This document shows, one piece after another, positions 28,862 through 39,728 of a stretch of DNA of 64,000 bases. The position numbers were made by a program, and so were the translations under genes. How positions within the stretch are numbered: the stretch's first letter is position 1; every line of letters begins with the position of its first letter. The DNA is from Trueperaceae bacterium (GTDB lineage Bacteria > Deinococcota > Deinococci > Deinococcales > Trueperaceae): assembly GCA_965213705.1 (NCBI GenBank), contig OZ243913.1, forward strand, positions 3,488,001 through 3,552,000, given 5' to 3'. Below the pieces are notes generated by a model, which saw only the letters and a program-made list of their open reading frames with translations, made no database searches and was not told the origin of the DNA.

Positions 28862-29391
28862 CAGCTTTCCTCCTTGAGTTTATCCGAGTAGTTTTGAAGT
28901 ACACCAACCAAGTTTCGTGGTGGGCCTTGTAACACGCCGACCAACTGCTGCAAAGGGGCCAGCAGAACGCCGACCAACTCGCTTTGGAGCTGTTGCCGAG
29001 AGGGTAGCTTGGCAATTTTTGCCAGCGACTCGGGCGTTACCCTTTTGCCTTGCAACCGTCCGCCCTTGGAGACGGGTAAGTCTTTGGCGTGCTTTTGCGC
29101 GTAGTCGGTCAGCGCTTTAGCGGGTTCGACCGGGTCTTCGCCGATAAGCACCAGCGCCGTCGGCCCGGTGAGGGTGTCCGCAAAATCCTCGACGCCTTGT
29201 TCTTTGAGAACGACGTTGATGAGGGTGTTTTTGGCGACCAAAATACGCCCGCCGGCCTCGCGCACCTTAGCGCGTAGGCTGTTGAACTCGCCTGCGGAAA
29301 GGCCCTGGTAATCGACCAAGTAAAACGTCTGCGCGTCGCCGAGCAGGGTTCTCATCTGCTCGACAGCCGCTTGATTTCTTGGATTAGCCAT
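28861..29391 (-). CDS. rplJ: 50S ribosomal protein L10
   Basis: DYQGL, VAKNTL and LTGPTA motifs. Confidence 0.97.
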   Translation of the reverse strand: MANPRNQAAVEQMRTLLGDAQTFYLVDYQGLSAGEFNSLRAKVREAGGRILVAKNTLINVVLKEQGVEDFADTLTGPTALVLIGEDPVEPAKALTDYAQKHAKDLPVSKGGRLQGKRVTPESLAKIAKLPSRQQLQSELVGVLLAPLQQLVGVLQGPPRNLVGVLQNYSDKLKEES

Positions 29392-29523
29392 GCCTACCTT
29401 TCTCGTTTATGATCCTGGCCCCTGAACGCAGCGGGCCGTTTCTTATTGAAGTCCACCAAGGACTCCATTTCAATGTGGGGTTCGTCAACCGCGAAACGCA
29501 GCTAAAAGGGTCAACCCCTTTTA

Positions 29524-29572
29524 CGCCTCGGCAGGATCTTTAAGCTGGCTAAGCCCCTGCTGTCTCCAACGC
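29524..29572 (-). ncRNA. L10 leader (rplJ autoregulatory RNA)
   Basis: GAGACAGCAGG...TTAA...CCTGCCGAGG core between rplA and rplJ, matching the known L10-leader pattern. Confidence 0.8.
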
Positions 29573-29668
29573 CAAAAGGTGCTACGCACCGGGGTGCTGA
29601 AAAGTATCTTGCCAACGCTCGAGAGTCAAACTGTAAAACCGCGTCCGCAAAAGTGTCGTTTACAAAAC

Positions 29669-30364
29669 CTACAAACCGACGCGTACGCTCGGTCCCATTG
29701 TCGAGGTCAGGTAGAGGGTACGAAAATACAAGCCCCTCGAAGTGTCGGGTTTGGCCGCCTCGACCGCGCTTTTGAGCGCACGCAAGTTCTCCGCCAACTG
29801 CTCGCTGGCAAAGCTCGCCTTGCCGATGGGCGCATGGACCACGCCGGTTTTGTCGGCGCGAAACTCGATGCGGCCCGCCTTGAGCGCCGTCACTATTTCG
29901 GCGATGTTCGGTCCGACCGTACCCGCTTTGGGGTTGGGCAACATGCCGCGTGGACCCAAAACCCGGCCCAGCTTGCCGCCCACTTGCGCCATCATGTCAG
30001 GTGTGGCGACGACGGCGTCAAAGTCCGTCCAGCCTTCCAGTATGCGCGCGATAATGTCTTCACCGCCGACAAAGTCGGCTCCGGCTTCTTGGGCGGCGGC
30101 GACATTGTCGCCTTGGGTGACGGCGACGACGCGGACCGTTCTGCCGGTGCCGTGGGGCAACGCGACCGTACCGCGTACGGTCTGGTCGGACTTTCTGGGG
30201 TCGACCCCGAGCCGAAAATGCGCTTCGACGGTTTCGTCGAACTTGGCCGTCGCCAGCTCTTTGACGAGGACGGTCGCTTCTTCGGCAGAGTAGATTTTAC
30301 CCGGCTCGAGCTTCTCTTTCAGGTTGCGGTAACGCTTGCCGTGGTTGGCTGCCAAGTTAGACAT
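29669..30364 (-). CDS. rplA: 50S ribosomal protein L1
   Basis: [19 protein letters not shown] and [11 protein letters not shown] motifs. Confidence 0.98.
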   Translation of the reverse strand: MSNLAANHGKRYRNLKEKLEPGKIYSAEEATVLVKELATAKFDETVEAHFRLGVDPRKSDQTVRGTVALPHGTGRTVRVVAVTQGDNVAAAQEAGADFVGGEDIIARILEGWTDFDAVVATPDMMAQVGGKLGRVLGPRGMLPNPKAGTVGPNIAEIVTALKAGRIEFRADKTGVVHAPIGKASFASEQLAENLRALKSAVEAAKPDTSRGLYFRTLYLTSTMGPSVRVGL

Positions 30365-30797
30365 CGCTGGGTCTCCCCTCGACGACGACGCCCATAGAAC
30401 GGGCGGTGCCGGCGATGATTTTGGCCGCCGCGATTTCGTCGTTGGCGTTGATGTCGGCCATTTTTTGACGACCCAAATCCAGACACTGGTCCCAGCTCAG
30501 TTTACCGACCTTGTTTTTCTGCGGCTCGCCCGACCCTTTGGGTATACCCGCCGCCTTACGAATAAGGTAGCTCGCGGGCGGCGTCTTGGTAATAAACGTA
30601 AACGAACGGTCGGCAAAGATGGTGAGTTCTACCGGGATAATAGCGTCACCTTGACCCGCCGTTTGAGCGTTGAACGCCTTGACGAACTCCATGATGTTCG
30701 CACCGTACTGGCCCAGCGCCGGACCGACCGGGGGGGCCGGGGTCGCGCTGCCCGCGGGCAGTTGCAACTTGACCATGCCTGCTACTTTTTTCGCCAT
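30357..30797 (-). CDS. rplK: 50S ribosomal protein L11
   Basis: [13 protein letters not shown] and GTARSMG motifs. Confidence 0.99.
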   Translation of the reverse strand: MAKKVAGMVKLQLPAGSATPAPPVGPALGQYGANIMEFVKAFNAQTAGQGDAIIPVELTIFADRSFTFITKTPPASYLIRKAAGIPKGSGEPQKNKVGKLSWDQCLDLGRQKMADINANDEIAAAKIIAGTARSMGVVVEGRPSDV

Positions 30798-30898
30798 ACT
30801 GTCTCCTTTCGCTCCCTCTGGCCCTTACGGACCGTGAGGTTCAAGCGCTCCCGGGGCAACACAAGTCCCCGGATCAAAGGCCGGCTTCGAAATCCCGG

Positions 30899-31456
30899 CT
30901 AACTTTTTACGACCTGCGAAAAATCGAGTTCGACGGGCGTTTCCCGACCGAAAATAGACACCAACACCTTTACCTTACCCTTGTCGGCGTCCAGGTCGGA
31001 CACGACGCCGGTAAAGTCCGAAAAGGGGCCGGAGGTAACCTGGACCATGTCGCCCCGGTTGAAAGTGATTTTGACTTTGGGTTTTTCTTTGCTGCCGCTG
31101 ATACCCAAGTTGCTGAGCATCCGCGCCTCTTCTTGCTGTGTCAAGGGCACCGCGTGGGTCGCCGTGCCGACGAAACCGGTCACGCCCGGCGTGTAGCGCA
31201 CCACTTCCCAGGCCTCGTTGGGCTCGTCCGGGTTGTCGCCCAAGTCGGTTTGCACAAAAATGTAGCCGGGAAACGTTTTGCGCTTGATGACCTCTTTCTT
31301 GCCACCGCCCGCGTGTTCGACTGTTTCTTCGGTCGGTACCACAACTTGGTAGATGCGGTCAGCAATCCCCAGCGAGCGCGCCCGGTTCATGATGTTTTCG
31401 CGGACCTTTTCTTCGTGGCCGACGTAGGTGTGAACTGCGTACCATTCGATGCTCAT
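30899..31456 (-). CDS. nusG: Transcription factor NusG
   Basis: WYAVHTY, FPGYIFV, KOW motif and [10 protein letters not shown]. Confidence 0.98.
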   Translation of the reverse strand: MSIEWYAVHTYVGHEEKVRENIMNRARSLGIADRIYQVVVPTEETVEHAGGGKKEVIKRKTFPGYIFVQTDLGDNPDEPNEAWEVVRYTPGVTGFVGTATHAVPLTQQEEARMLSNLGISGSKEKPKVKITFNRGDMVQVTSGPFSDFTGVVSDLDADKGKVKVLVSIFGRETPVELDFSQVVKS

Positions 31457-31473
31457 AATGACCTCTTAGACAC

Positions 31474-31653
31474 CTAAAGAATCGCTTTGATGAGGTTGCC
31501 CAAGATAGTGTCGGTGGTAAGTAGAAAAAGCAGCGTCAACACGACGAAGATAAGCGTCGCTTGGGTTGCCTGGATAACCTCGTCCCGGGTCGGCCAAGTG
31601 ACGCGCCGCAACTCGGCTCGAGAATTGCGCAAGTAGGTGAGAACCGAATTCAC
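31474..31653 (-). CDS. secE: Preprotein translocase SecE (59 aa; not in the ORF track)
   Basis: Manual translation MNSVLTYLRNSRAELRRVTWPTRDEV plus one TM helix; lies between rpmG and nusG. Confidence 0.95.
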   Translation of the reverse strand: MNSVLTYLRNSRAELRRVTWPTRDEVIQATQATLIFVVLTLLFLLTTDTILGNLIKAIL

Positions 31654-31655
31654 CG

Positions 31656-31820
31656 CTACACCTTGACTTCGCGGTGCGGCGTGTGTTTCCGGTCCCAGGG
31701 GCAGTACTTGCTCAGCTCGAGCTTCGCTTGGGTGTTGCGGCGGTTTTTGCGCGTCGTGTAGTTGCGCCGTTTACACTCGGTACACTCGAGCTGTAGTTTA
31801 ATTCTTACGTCACTTGCCAT
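31656..31820 (-). CDS. rpmG: 50S ribosomal protein L33
   Basis: [21 protein letters not shown]...[14 protein letters not shown]. Confidence 0.97.
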   Translation of the reverse strand: MASDVRIKLQLECTECKRRNYTTRKNRRNTQAKLELSKYCPWDRKHTPHREVKV

Positions 31821-31921
31821 AGCCAACTCCTCGTTTACGACCCTTGAGCATAACAAACAAAAGCCGAAATACCTAAACGTAGACTACCAATGCAGCCTAC
31901 GTGCAGCCTGTGTTCGCCGGT

Positions 31922-33139
31922 CTACTTCGTCACTTTCGTAACCACACCGGCACCCACAGTCCTGCCACCCTCACGAATGGCAAAGCGTAGTCCATCTTCC
32001 ATCGCTATAGGCTTGATGAGTTCGACACTCAGCTCCACATTGTCCCCGGGCATCACCATCTCCACGCTCTCAGGGAGAGTCACCACGCCCGTGACGTCGG
32101 TCGTGCGAAAGTAAAACTGCGGCCGGTAGCCGGTGAAGAAGGCGCTGTGCCGGCCGCCTTCTTCTTTCTTCAAGATGTACACCGACCCGTCGAAAACGGT
32201 ATGGGGAGTGATGGAACCGGGTTTGGCTAACACTTGACCTCGTTCGATGTCGTCGCGGCCCACGCCGCGCAACAGCACGCCTACGTTGTCGCCGGCCAGA
32301 CCCGAGTCGAGCGTCTTGCGGTGCATCTCGACACCGGTCACGACCGTCTTTTTGGTGTCGCTTAGCCCGACGATGGAGATTTCTTCGCCGGTCTTGACCG
32401 TGCCCCGTTCGACCCTGCCCGTCGCCACGGTGCCGCGGCCGGTGATGGTGAACACGTCTTCGACCGGCATCAAGAACGCCTTGTCGACGTCGCGTTCAGG
32501 CGTGGGGATGTAGCTGTCCACCGCGTCGAGCAGGTCCCAGATTTTATCGACCCACTCGTTTTCGCCGCGTTGGGTATTGGGGTTGGCTTGCAGGGCTTCT
32601 AGGGCTTTCAAAGCCGAGCCTTGTACCACCGGGATGTCGTCGCCGGGGAAGTCGTAGGAGGCGAGCAGTTCGCGCACTTCCATTTCGACGAGTTCGAGCA
32701 GTTCTTCGTCGTCGACCATGTCGGTTTTGTTCATGAACACCACGATGTAAGGCACGCCCACTTGTCTAGCCAAGAGGATGTGTTCGCGCGTTTGCGGCAT
32801 CGGGCCGTCGGCGGCGCTGACCACCAAAATAGCTCCGTCCATCTGCGCGGCACCGGTAATCATGTTCTTGACGTAGTCAGCGTGGCCCGGGCAGTCGACG
32901 TGGGAGTAGTGGCGCGCTTTCGTTTGGTACTCCACGTGTGAGGTGTTGATGGTGATGCCCCGAGCTTTCTCTTCGGGCGCTTTGTCGATTTGGTCGTAGC
33001 TTTGCGTCGTCACTGTCGGGTCGGCCGCCGCCGCTGTAAAGGTGATGGCCGCTGTCAAAGTGGTCTTGCCGTGGTCCACGTGACCAATCGTGCCTACGTT
33101 TACGTGCGGTTTCGTGCGCTGGAATACGCTTTTTGCCAT
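31922..33139 (-). CDS. tuf: Elongation factor Tu
   Basis: [21 protein letters not shown] and [11 protein letters not shown] motifs. Confidence 0.99.
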   Translation of the reverse strand: MAKSVFQRTKPHVNVGTIGHVDHGKTTLTAAITFTAAAADPTVTTQSYDQIDKAPEEKARGITINTSHVEYQTKARHYSHVDCPGHADYVKNMITGAAQMDGAILVVSAADGPMPQTREHILLARQVGVPYIVVFMNKTDMVDDEELLELVEMEVRELLASYDFPGDDIPVVQGSALKALEALQANPNTQRGENEWVDKIWDLLDAVDSYIPTPERDVDKAFLMPVEDVFTITGRGTVATGRVERGTVKTGEEISIVGLSDTKKTVVTGVEMHRKTLDSGLAGDNVGVLLRGVGRDDIERGQVLAKPGSITPHTVFDGSVYILKKEEGGRHSAFFTGYRPQFYFRTTDVTGVVTLPESVEMVMPGDNVELSVELIKPIAMEDGLRFAIREGGRTVGAGVVTKVTK

Positions 33140-33222
33140 TGTGGTGCTCCTTTGCTTTGGTTGAAATCCGCTTTTGCACAGCGGAGGACCAGCCCCTTTT
33201 AAGCCGGTCTGAAAGTTTTAGT

Positions 33223-33297
<75 letters not shown>

Positions 33298-33503
33298 CTA
33301 CCAGACCCCCACTTTGGAGCAAACGTCCCCGCTCGAGCCGCCGCTCCTAGTTTCCCACCTTGCAAATCTCCAGCCTTGCAAAACGGGAATACTGTTGCAG
33401 TCAGTTTTAGGGAAGCATCTTTACGTTAAAGACGATACCTCTAAAACCTTGAAACTTACAGCTAACACCCACGAGTGGATTACAGACGGTAGCTCTAAGT
33501 TTT

Positions 33504-33579
<76 letters not shown>

Positions 33580-33582
33580 GTG

Positions 33583-33628
33583 GGTCATTGGTATTATCAA
33601 TGATTTATCATTGATAATACCAATGACC
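33583..33628. repeat. Perfect 22-bp AT-rich inverted repeat between tRNA-Tyr and tRNA-Gly
   Basis: GGTCATTGGTATTATCAATGAT-TT-ATCATTGATAATACCAATGACC. Confidence 0.95.
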
Positions 33629-33631
33629 ATT

Positions 33632-33716
33632 TGGTGGGCCGGGATGGATTTGAACCATCGTAGGCGAAGCCAACGGATTTACAGTCCGTCCCCTTTAACC
33701 ACTCGGGCACCGACCC
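33632..33716 (-). tRNA. tRNA-Tyr(GTA)
   Basis: GGGTCGG...CTGTAAA...long variable arm...ACCA. Confidence 0.97.
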
Positions 33717-33730
33717 GCACTGTAAGCTTA

Positions 33731-33782
33731 AATTTTAGAGTCAACATCTCTAAATGAATTAGAGATGATACCTCTAAAATTT
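33731..33782. repeat. About 50-bp palindromic dispersed repeat, copy 2
   Basis: AATTTTAGAG..CATCTCTAA-ATGAA-TTAGAGATG..CTCTAAAATT. Confidence 0.75.
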
Positions 33783-33858
33783 TGGAGCCACCCATCGGAA
33801 TCGAACCGACAACCTTCCGATTACAAATCGGATGCTCTACCAGTTGAGCTAGGGTGGC
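33783..33858 (-). tRNA. tRNA-Thr(TGT)
   Basis: GCCACCC...TTTGTAA...GGTTCGATTCC...TCCA. Confidence 0.97.
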
Positions 33859-34036
33859 GCGTCGCCCGAAGGTGTTCTCCAAGACGCTTTCGCGTCCGGC
33901 TAGACAGCCTAGCACGCCCTTCAAAAGCGTGTCAACAACTTTTCAACTCGTCGAAAAGCTACTAGAAAAGCTATCCAAAGAGGGGTCCGAACACCGCTCT
34001 CAGGGCGCAGTTTTCAAGATGGGGAAGCAACTAATC

Positions 34037-34732
34037 TCAGATAGTAGCTGCGGCGTCGCCCAGGCCCTCAAGCCGCCCCTCTTCTAAGCGGTAGCGGCGG
34101 TCGACGTCGCGTACCAAACCCTCGTCATGGGTAACCATCACTACTGCGCTACCCTCGTCGCGGGCTAATGCGACCAACAGTTCGAACACGGCTCCGGCAC
34201 TTTGCCGGTCGAGGCTACCGGTCGGTTCGTCGGCCAAAACGAGGGCGGGGTTGGCGTAAAGAGCGCGCGCCACGGCGACGCGTTGGCGCTCGCCGCCGGA
34301 CAGCTTGGCGGGCAAGAAGTCGCGCCGGGCTGCCAAACCGACCGCACGCAACAAAGACTCACCGCGCGCCCCGTCCACTTTTCCCGCCAACCGCCCCGAA
34401 AGGGTCACGTTTTCTATGACGCTCATGTCGTTGAGCAGGTAGTGGTTTTGGAACACGAGTCCGACGCGGCTCAGGCGCAACCGCGCCAAGGCGTGGTTGT
34501 CGGCTTTGTGAACGGCGACCTCTTGCCAGTAAATCTCACCCTCGGTCGTCTTGTCGAGTCCGGCCAGCAGGTGCAGCAGGGTCGACTTGCCCGAGCCCGA
34601 AGGCCCCAAGACAGCGACGACCTCACCTGCGGCAACCCGCAAATCGACACCCCGAAGCACCGTCACGGTTCCGGCGGGGCTCGAGAAGCTGCGGTGAACA
34701 TTTTTACACACGAGCGCGCTCACTGCCGCCAA
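34037..34732 (-). CDS. ABC transporter ATP-binding protein (LolD-like), no adjacent permease
   Basis: GPSGSGKST, LSGGERQRVAVARAL, LADEPTGSLD and VTHD motifs. Confidence 0.93.
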   Translation of the reverse strand: MAAVSALVCKNVHRSFSSPAGTVTVLRGVDLRVAAGEVVAVLGPSGSGKSTLLHLLAGLDKTTEGEIYWQEVAVHKADNHALARLRLSRVGLVFQNHYLLNDMSVIENVTLSGRLAGKVDGARGESLLRAVGLAARRDFLPAKLSGGERQRVAVARALYANPALVLADEPTGSLDRQSAGAVFELLVALARDEGSAVVMVTHDEGLVRDVDRRYRLEEGRLEGLGDAAATI

Positions 34733-34837
34733 CTATACCGGCTGTGCTAGGCTGTGGGCGAAAATGGACTCAGGAACACAGCCCCACCAACACAGTCTCG
34801 GCAACACAGTCTCGGCAACCAAGACAGGCAGGAACAC

Positions 34838-35533
34838 ATGGCAGATGTGAAAACTTTTTTGACGGGGGTCCCTCTTTTCAAAGACGCCCCCGAACGCGCC
34901 CTCGAGATAGCGGCGTCGGTCATGCAGTTGCGCAAGTTCGATACCGGCAGCGTCATCTTTCAAGAGGGTGACGTCGGCGAAGCGCTCTACGTGCTCGTGG
35001 GCGGCCTCGTCAAACTTTCCAAGGTGGACTTGGGCGGTTACGAGAAAACCCTCGCCATTCTTCAGCCGCCCGAGTTTTTTGGCGAGATGGCGCTGTTGGG
35101 TGCCAAAACGCGGAACGCGACGGCGGAGGCCTTGGGCAGCGTCGAGGCTTACTTGCTGTTCGGCGACGACTTCAACAAGCTCCTCCAGACGTACCCGACC
35201 GTCAGCTTGAACCTCACCACGACGCTGGCCCAACGCCTGCGCGGCATGGACGACGAAGCGCAAATTCTGTCTTACAAGGACGCTCAAGGACGCGTTGCCT
35301 TCGTCTTGTTGCGGCTCTACCGCAGCGGCGTCATCGACCTGACCGAAAGCGGTCAGGCGCTCGTGCGCCTGACGCACCAAGACATCGCCAACCTGGCGGG
35401 CACGAGCCGCGAAACCGTGACCCGCGCCCTCAGGGTGCTCGAGAACGAACAAGTCATCGCCACCCGCCCCAAGGAAGTCGTTCTGACGGACGTTCAGGGA
35501 TTGGAAGAGATTTTGCACGGCATCAGGGAGTAG
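34838..35533 (+). CDS. Crp/Fnr family transcriptional regulator
   Basis: cNMP-binding FFGEMALL..RNATAEA and HTH THQDIANLAGTSRETVTR. Confidence 0.95.
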   Translation: MADVKTFLTGVPLFKDAPERALEIAASVMQLRKFDTGSVIFQEGDVGEALYVLVGGLVKLSKVDLGGYEKTLAILQPPEFFGEMALLGAKTRNATAEALGSVEAYLLFGDDFNKLLQTYPTVSLNLTTTLAQRLRGMDDEAQILSYKDAQGRVAFVLLRLYRSGVIDLTESGQALVRLTHQDIANLAGTSRETVTRALRVLENEQVIATRPKEVVLTDVQGLEEILHGIRE

Positions 35534-35700
35534 GCGCGGTGCGCTCGAGCCGCGCTTGACTCCGCTTTTCTTGGGTGGGTCGTTGCCCGAACCTTGGTTC
35601 GGTCCCTCACGCGTGCAGCTTCTGTGTTGAGCACAGGTTGTGAGCACAGTCTTGACGGCCGTATACACTGTTCGGCCTCGGCTCGGTGTAGCGTTAGCGC

Positions 35701-35874
35701 ATGATAGGACCGTTCGGGCTGTGGGAAATCGTCATCGTCGTCGCCGTGGTCGTGCTGCTGTTCGGCGCACGCAGCTTGCCCAAAATCGCCAAGGACGCGG
35801 GCAGGACGTTCAAAAAAGTGCGCAAGGAAGTGCGCGAGTTCAAAGACGACATCGACATCACCAAGCCGGATTAA
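35701..35874 (+). CDS. tatA: Twin-arginine translocase TatA/E subunit (57 aa; not in the ORF track)
   Basis: MIGPFGLWEIVIVVAVVVLLFGARSLPKIAKDAGRTF...REFK. Confidence 0.9.
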   Translation: MIGPFGLWEIVIVVAVVVLLFGARSLPKIAKDAGRTFKKVRKEVREFKDDIDITKPD

Positions 35875-36047
35875 TGCCGCGTCAGGCTAGAAACCATAAA
35901 CTCAAAACAGTTCAGGGCGTTCGGAAGCCGCGCTTCGGAGTCTTTGAACTAAAGTTTTCAAGCAAGCCAGTTATCTCAAACCGAGCAAGGCGGACCGGCT
36001 GAGCCGAAGCGGTTAGACTGACAAGGTATGAAAAGCGGCTGTGACGG

Positions 36048-37193
36048 ATGACTATGGTTGTTGACAAGGTTGAGGCTGCCAAGCAGCGAGAAGCCGTCGG
36101 TTTGGCCCGTGAACTCGCTCAGGGGTTCAGGGCCGGAGCTGGGACCGCGGACGAGCAAGGAGCCTTGCCCGCTGCGGATGTCGCCGCGCTCGAGAGCGCG
36201 AACTACCCCGGTCTCGCCGTGCCCGAAGCGTATGGCGGCCGGGGCGCCTCGCTCGAGGCTTGTGTCGCGGCGCAACTCGAGCTGGCCCAGGGCAGCGCCT
36301 CCACCGCGCTCGTCGCCGCGATGACCCTGCACATCGTCGGGCACGAACGCGAGGTGCGAAGTTGGACGCCCGCAGCCCGCGACGCTATTTTCGCCGACGT
36401 GGCGCGCGGCGCGCTGCTCAACAGCGCGGCGAGCGAGCCGCGCCTCGGCAGCCCGTCGCGCGGCGGGCTGCCCGACACCTACGCTCAAAAGAGCGGGGAC
36501 ACACTCCTTGTCAATGGTCACAAAAATTGGGTGACCGGCGGCGAACACTTGACCCACCTTCTCGTGCGTTTGCGTCTGGCGGACGAGGCGGTGGTGGTGT
36601 GGCTGCCGAGCGACACCCCCGGCTTGCGCTGGGAAAAAACGTGGGGGGACGGCCTCAGCTTGCGGGCCAGCGACAGCCACGACCTTTATCTGGAGGACGT
36701 GCGGGTGCCTGCCGCCAACCTCGTCCAGCGAGGCAAGTCCCCGGGAAACGTCTGGTTTCCCATGTTGGTCGCGGCGACCTACCTCGGCACCGCTTGCGCC
36801 GCGCGGGACGACGTCGTTCGGTACGCGCTCTCCCGCGTGCCCACCGCCCTCGGCAAGCCTATCGCCACGCTGCCGGGCGTCCAGCGGCAAGTCGGCGACA
36901 TCGCCATTTCCTTGCAGGCGGCGCGAAGCTTTTTGCTGGCGGTCGCCGCCGAGTGGCGCGGGCTCGAGGACGAGCGCGAAGATTTTTTGGCGAAAGCCGC
37001 GAGCGTCAAGCACGTGGCGGTCGAAACGGCGCTGCAAACGACCGACAAGGCGCTACGGGTCGCGGGGGCGGCGGGAATCGACAAGGGGTTGAATTTGGAG
37101 CGTTACTTCCGCGACGTGCGTGGCGGGCTGATGCACCCACCCTCGAGCGACGCCGCCCTGGAGTTCGTGGGACGGCGGGCTCTGGGCCTGTAA
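36048..37193 (+). CDS. Acyl-CoA dehydrogenase family flavoprotein
   Basis: SEPRLGS, NGHKNWVTGG, LRASDSHDL and LERYFRDVRGG motifs. Confidence 0.9.
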   Translation: MTMVVDKVEAAKQREAVGLARELAQGFRAGAGTADEQGALPAADVAALESANYPGLAVPEAYGGRGASLEACVAAQLELAQGSASTALVAAMTLHIVGHEREVRSWTPAARDAIFADVARGALLNSAASEPRLGSPSRGGLPDTYAQKSGDTLLVNGHKNWVTGGEHLTHLLVRLRLADEAVVVWLPSDTPGLRWEKTWGDGLSLRASDSHDLYLEDVRVPAANLVQRGKSPGNVWFPMLVAATYLGTACAARDDVVRYALSRVPTALGKPIATLPGVQRQVGDIAISLQAARSFLLAVAAEWRGLEDEREDFLAKAASVKHVAVETALQTTDKALRVAGAAGIDKGLNLERYFRDVRGGLMHPPSSDAALEFVGRRALGL

Positions 37194-37462
37194 GCTGCAA
37201 GACTGTGGCAAAATTGTAGCTGCAAGGCTGTAGCGGCTGTTCGTACAAAACGACTCGCGCGAACCGGCGGCGAAGGACTCCGCCAGCGCCGCGCGCAAGT
37301 GTCAACTGAGCAACCCCGAGACCGGCGCGTGTTCCGCGACCGATTCGCACAAGGCTCGGCTTACGCACGAAGTGCCGTCAACAGACCCCCGTTGTCCACC
37401 TCGTCTCGACCACCAAGCTCTATTCGGCTTCCCGTCGCCGGTGTACGGGTATGCTGTAGGGG

Positions 37463-39463
37463 ATGGCAGCTCGAGACAGTCATTCCCAACGCCGCAGCAC
37501 TTACCTGCTCGTGTTGCCCCTTACCGTCATTGCCGTCGCCGTCACTTACCTGGTCGAACTCGGCCAAAGCAGTGTCGACCCGTTCAACCTAGTGGCGTTG
37601 CCCCTGCTGGCTTTGCTGTTCAGCCTGCTGGCGACCGCGCACCTGCTGAACTTGCTGAGCTTGCGCGCAGTCGAGGCCGGACTTTTCGCCACCGCCGCGC
37701 TCGCCTTTTTCGGAAAGCTCGGTCACACGCTTTTGTTTGCTTACTCGCCCTTCGAGCGGGCGCACGAGTTGAGCCAGGTTTTTATCTGGACGCCGTTCGT
37801 CTACGCGGTGGCTTTTCTGGTCGGCACGCCCAGGACGGGGTTGTACCGTGCCGGCGCGGTCTACTTTATGAGCGTCGGCATCGGCGTTTTTGCGGCGTTG
37901 CGGGGCGGCGCCCTGGGCGACTACCGGCTCGGTGAATACTACCTGGGCAACCTGGTGTTGCTCGCCCTTTTGTACCTCGTCGGCAGCCTGCGGGTGCGGT
38001 TGGGCGAGCTGCAGAGCAACTTGAGCGAAATGGCGCGCCTGGCGACCTCGGACTTTTTAACCGGGGTACCCAACCGGCGGCGCTTGGAAACGCAGTTGCA
38101 ACGCGAATTAGAACAGCACCGCCGCTACGGCGCGCCGGTCTCGGTGATTTTGTTCGACATCGACAACTTTAAAAGGTTCAACGACACCTACGGCCACGCG
38201 CTCGGCGACGGGGTGCTCAAAAAAGTGGCGAACTCGGTACAACACGAGTTGCGCTCGACCGACGCTTTCGGACGTTGGGGCGGCGAGGAGTTTTTGGTCG
38301 TCGCGGGCCACACCGACGCGCGCCACGCGACGCTGCTCGCCGAACGCTTGCGGCAGCGCGTCGAGGCGAGCGAGGTCGCGGGAGCCGGCCCGGTCACGGC
38401 CAGCTTCGGGGTGGCCGCGTGCCACGACGACCTCAGCTTAGAAACGCTCATCGAGCGGGCAGACGCGGCGCTCTACCGCGCTAAAACACTGGGCAAAAAC
38501 CGCGTCAGCCTCGACAGCCCGGACGGTTTACCGGCGGCGGTTGAGTTGCCGCAACTGGACTACCCGTTTGCCGAAGTGCTCAAAAAGCCCGACGCCGCGG
38601 TTGTGACGGCGGTAACGGCCTGGTTGGCGGGGTTCGGGCTCGGGCCTGTGCCCGCCGACTTGCGCGAACACGTGGCGCGCAGCTTCAGCTGCTTGGCTAC
38701 GACCCTGCACCCTTACGCGAGCAAAGACTGGCAGGTTTTGCTCGGCAAGTGGTACTGCTGGGCGTTTTTGCACGACGACCGCTGTGACGGCAGCGAGTTG
38801 GGACGGCAGCCGGAGCGGCTCGAAAGCTTGACCGACAGGCTGGCTGAGCTGTTCGCCGGAGCGCCGGTCCGGGCGGACGACGAACCCCTCGGCCGGGCGT
38901 TGACCGACCTGCGCGCCGAACTGCTGAGCGCGGCCGGCGACGTTTGGGTGGAGCAACTGAGTGAAGAGCTCGAGCGCTACTTTGCCGCCCTGGCTTGGGA
39001 AGCGCAGAACCGGGCCGACAACACCACGCCGAGCCTGAGCCGCTACTTAGAAATGCGGCCCGTCACGGTCGGTTTGCGGCTGGACGACCTGTTCAGCCGT
39101 GCCGACGGGCTGCACGTTCCAGAAGGCGTGCGCAACCTTGCAGGCGTGACCGCCCTGACCCGCTTAGCCAACGAAACCGTGTGTTGGGCCAACGACCTCG
39201 TGTCGCTCGACAAAGAGTTGCGGCAAGGTGACGTACACAACTTGGTTCACGTGTTGCAACACGCTCACGGCTTCGACTTGCAAAATGCGGTCCAGCAAGC
39301 GAGTTTGCAACACGACCAAACGCTGGCCCGCTACCTGTCGGCCGAACAGCACCTAAAAGAACGGCTCGACGGTTGGCGCGACTTAGACCTGTACTTGGAA
39401 TTGCTCAGGGCGCGCGTGCGCGGCATCTACGACTGGTCGTTGGTGTCGGGGCGGTACCGCTAG
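37463..39463 (+). CDS. Membrane-anchored diguanylate cyclase (GGEEF) fused to a class I terpene synthase domain
   Basis: About 5-6 TM helices; DFLTGVPNRR, FDIDNFKRFNDTYGHALGD, RSTD I-site, RWGGEEF; then HDDRCD (DDxxD), YLEMR, NDLVSLDKE (NSE) and WSLVSGRY. Confidence 0.9.
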   Translation: MAARDSHSQRRSTYLLVLPLTVIAVAVTYLVELGQSSVDPFNLVALPLLALLFSLLATAHLLNLLSLRAVEAGLFATAALAFFGKLGHTLLFAYSPFERAHELSQVFIWTPFVYAVAFLVGTPRTGLYRAGAVYFMSVGIGVFAALRGGALGDYRLGEYYLGNLVLLALLYLVGSLRVRLGELQSNLSEMARLATSDFLTGVPNRRRLETQLQRELEQHRRYGAPVSVILFDIDNFKRFNDTYGHALGDGVLKKVANSVQHELRSTDAFGRWGGEEFLVVAGHTDARHATLLAERLRQRVEASEVAGAGPVTASFGVAACHDDLSLETLIERADAALYRAKTLGKNRVSLDSPDGLPAAVELPQLDYPFAEVLKKPDAAVVTAVTAWLAGFGLGPVPADLREHVARSFSCLATTLHPYASKDWQVLLGKWYCWAFLHDDRCDGSELGRQPERLESLTDRLAELFAGAPVRADDEPLGRALTDLRAELLSAAGDVWVEQLSEELERYFAALAWEAQNRADNTTPSLSRYLEMRPVTVGLRLDDLFSRADGLHVPEGVRNLAGVTALTRLANETVCWANDLVSLDKELRQGDVHNLVHVLQHAHGFDLQNAVQQASLQHDQTLARYLSAEQHLKERLDGWRDLDLYLELLRARVRGIYDWSLVSGRYR

Positions 39464-39728
39464 TTAAAACGCCTACAGGGGTTAACGAGCCGTGGGCAAC
39501 GTCTGGCGCGCCAAGAAACTACCATCCGGTTTTAAGCCGGCTCGAGCGCTCGAAACACGCGTCCGAATGCAGAAAGCCCAAGACGACTTGTTAAACTGGA
39601 CTCATGCCAAGACCTGTCCTGAGCGTGCCCTTCTTGTGCCGGACCCTTGCTCGTCCCGCTTCGCTAGAGTCTGTGATTGACAGTATAAGTAACGAGTCTA
39701 TGGTCAACGAGTCTGCAAAGCGGACGCC

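Noticed and set aside
34838..39463. Crp gene plus terpene synthase as a geosmin/2-MIB-type cNMP-binding (encapsulin) cluster
   Set aside because: The Crp protein is an ordinary cNMP-HTH regulator separated by tatA and an acyl-CoA dehydrogenase; no encapsulin shell or methyltransferase gene
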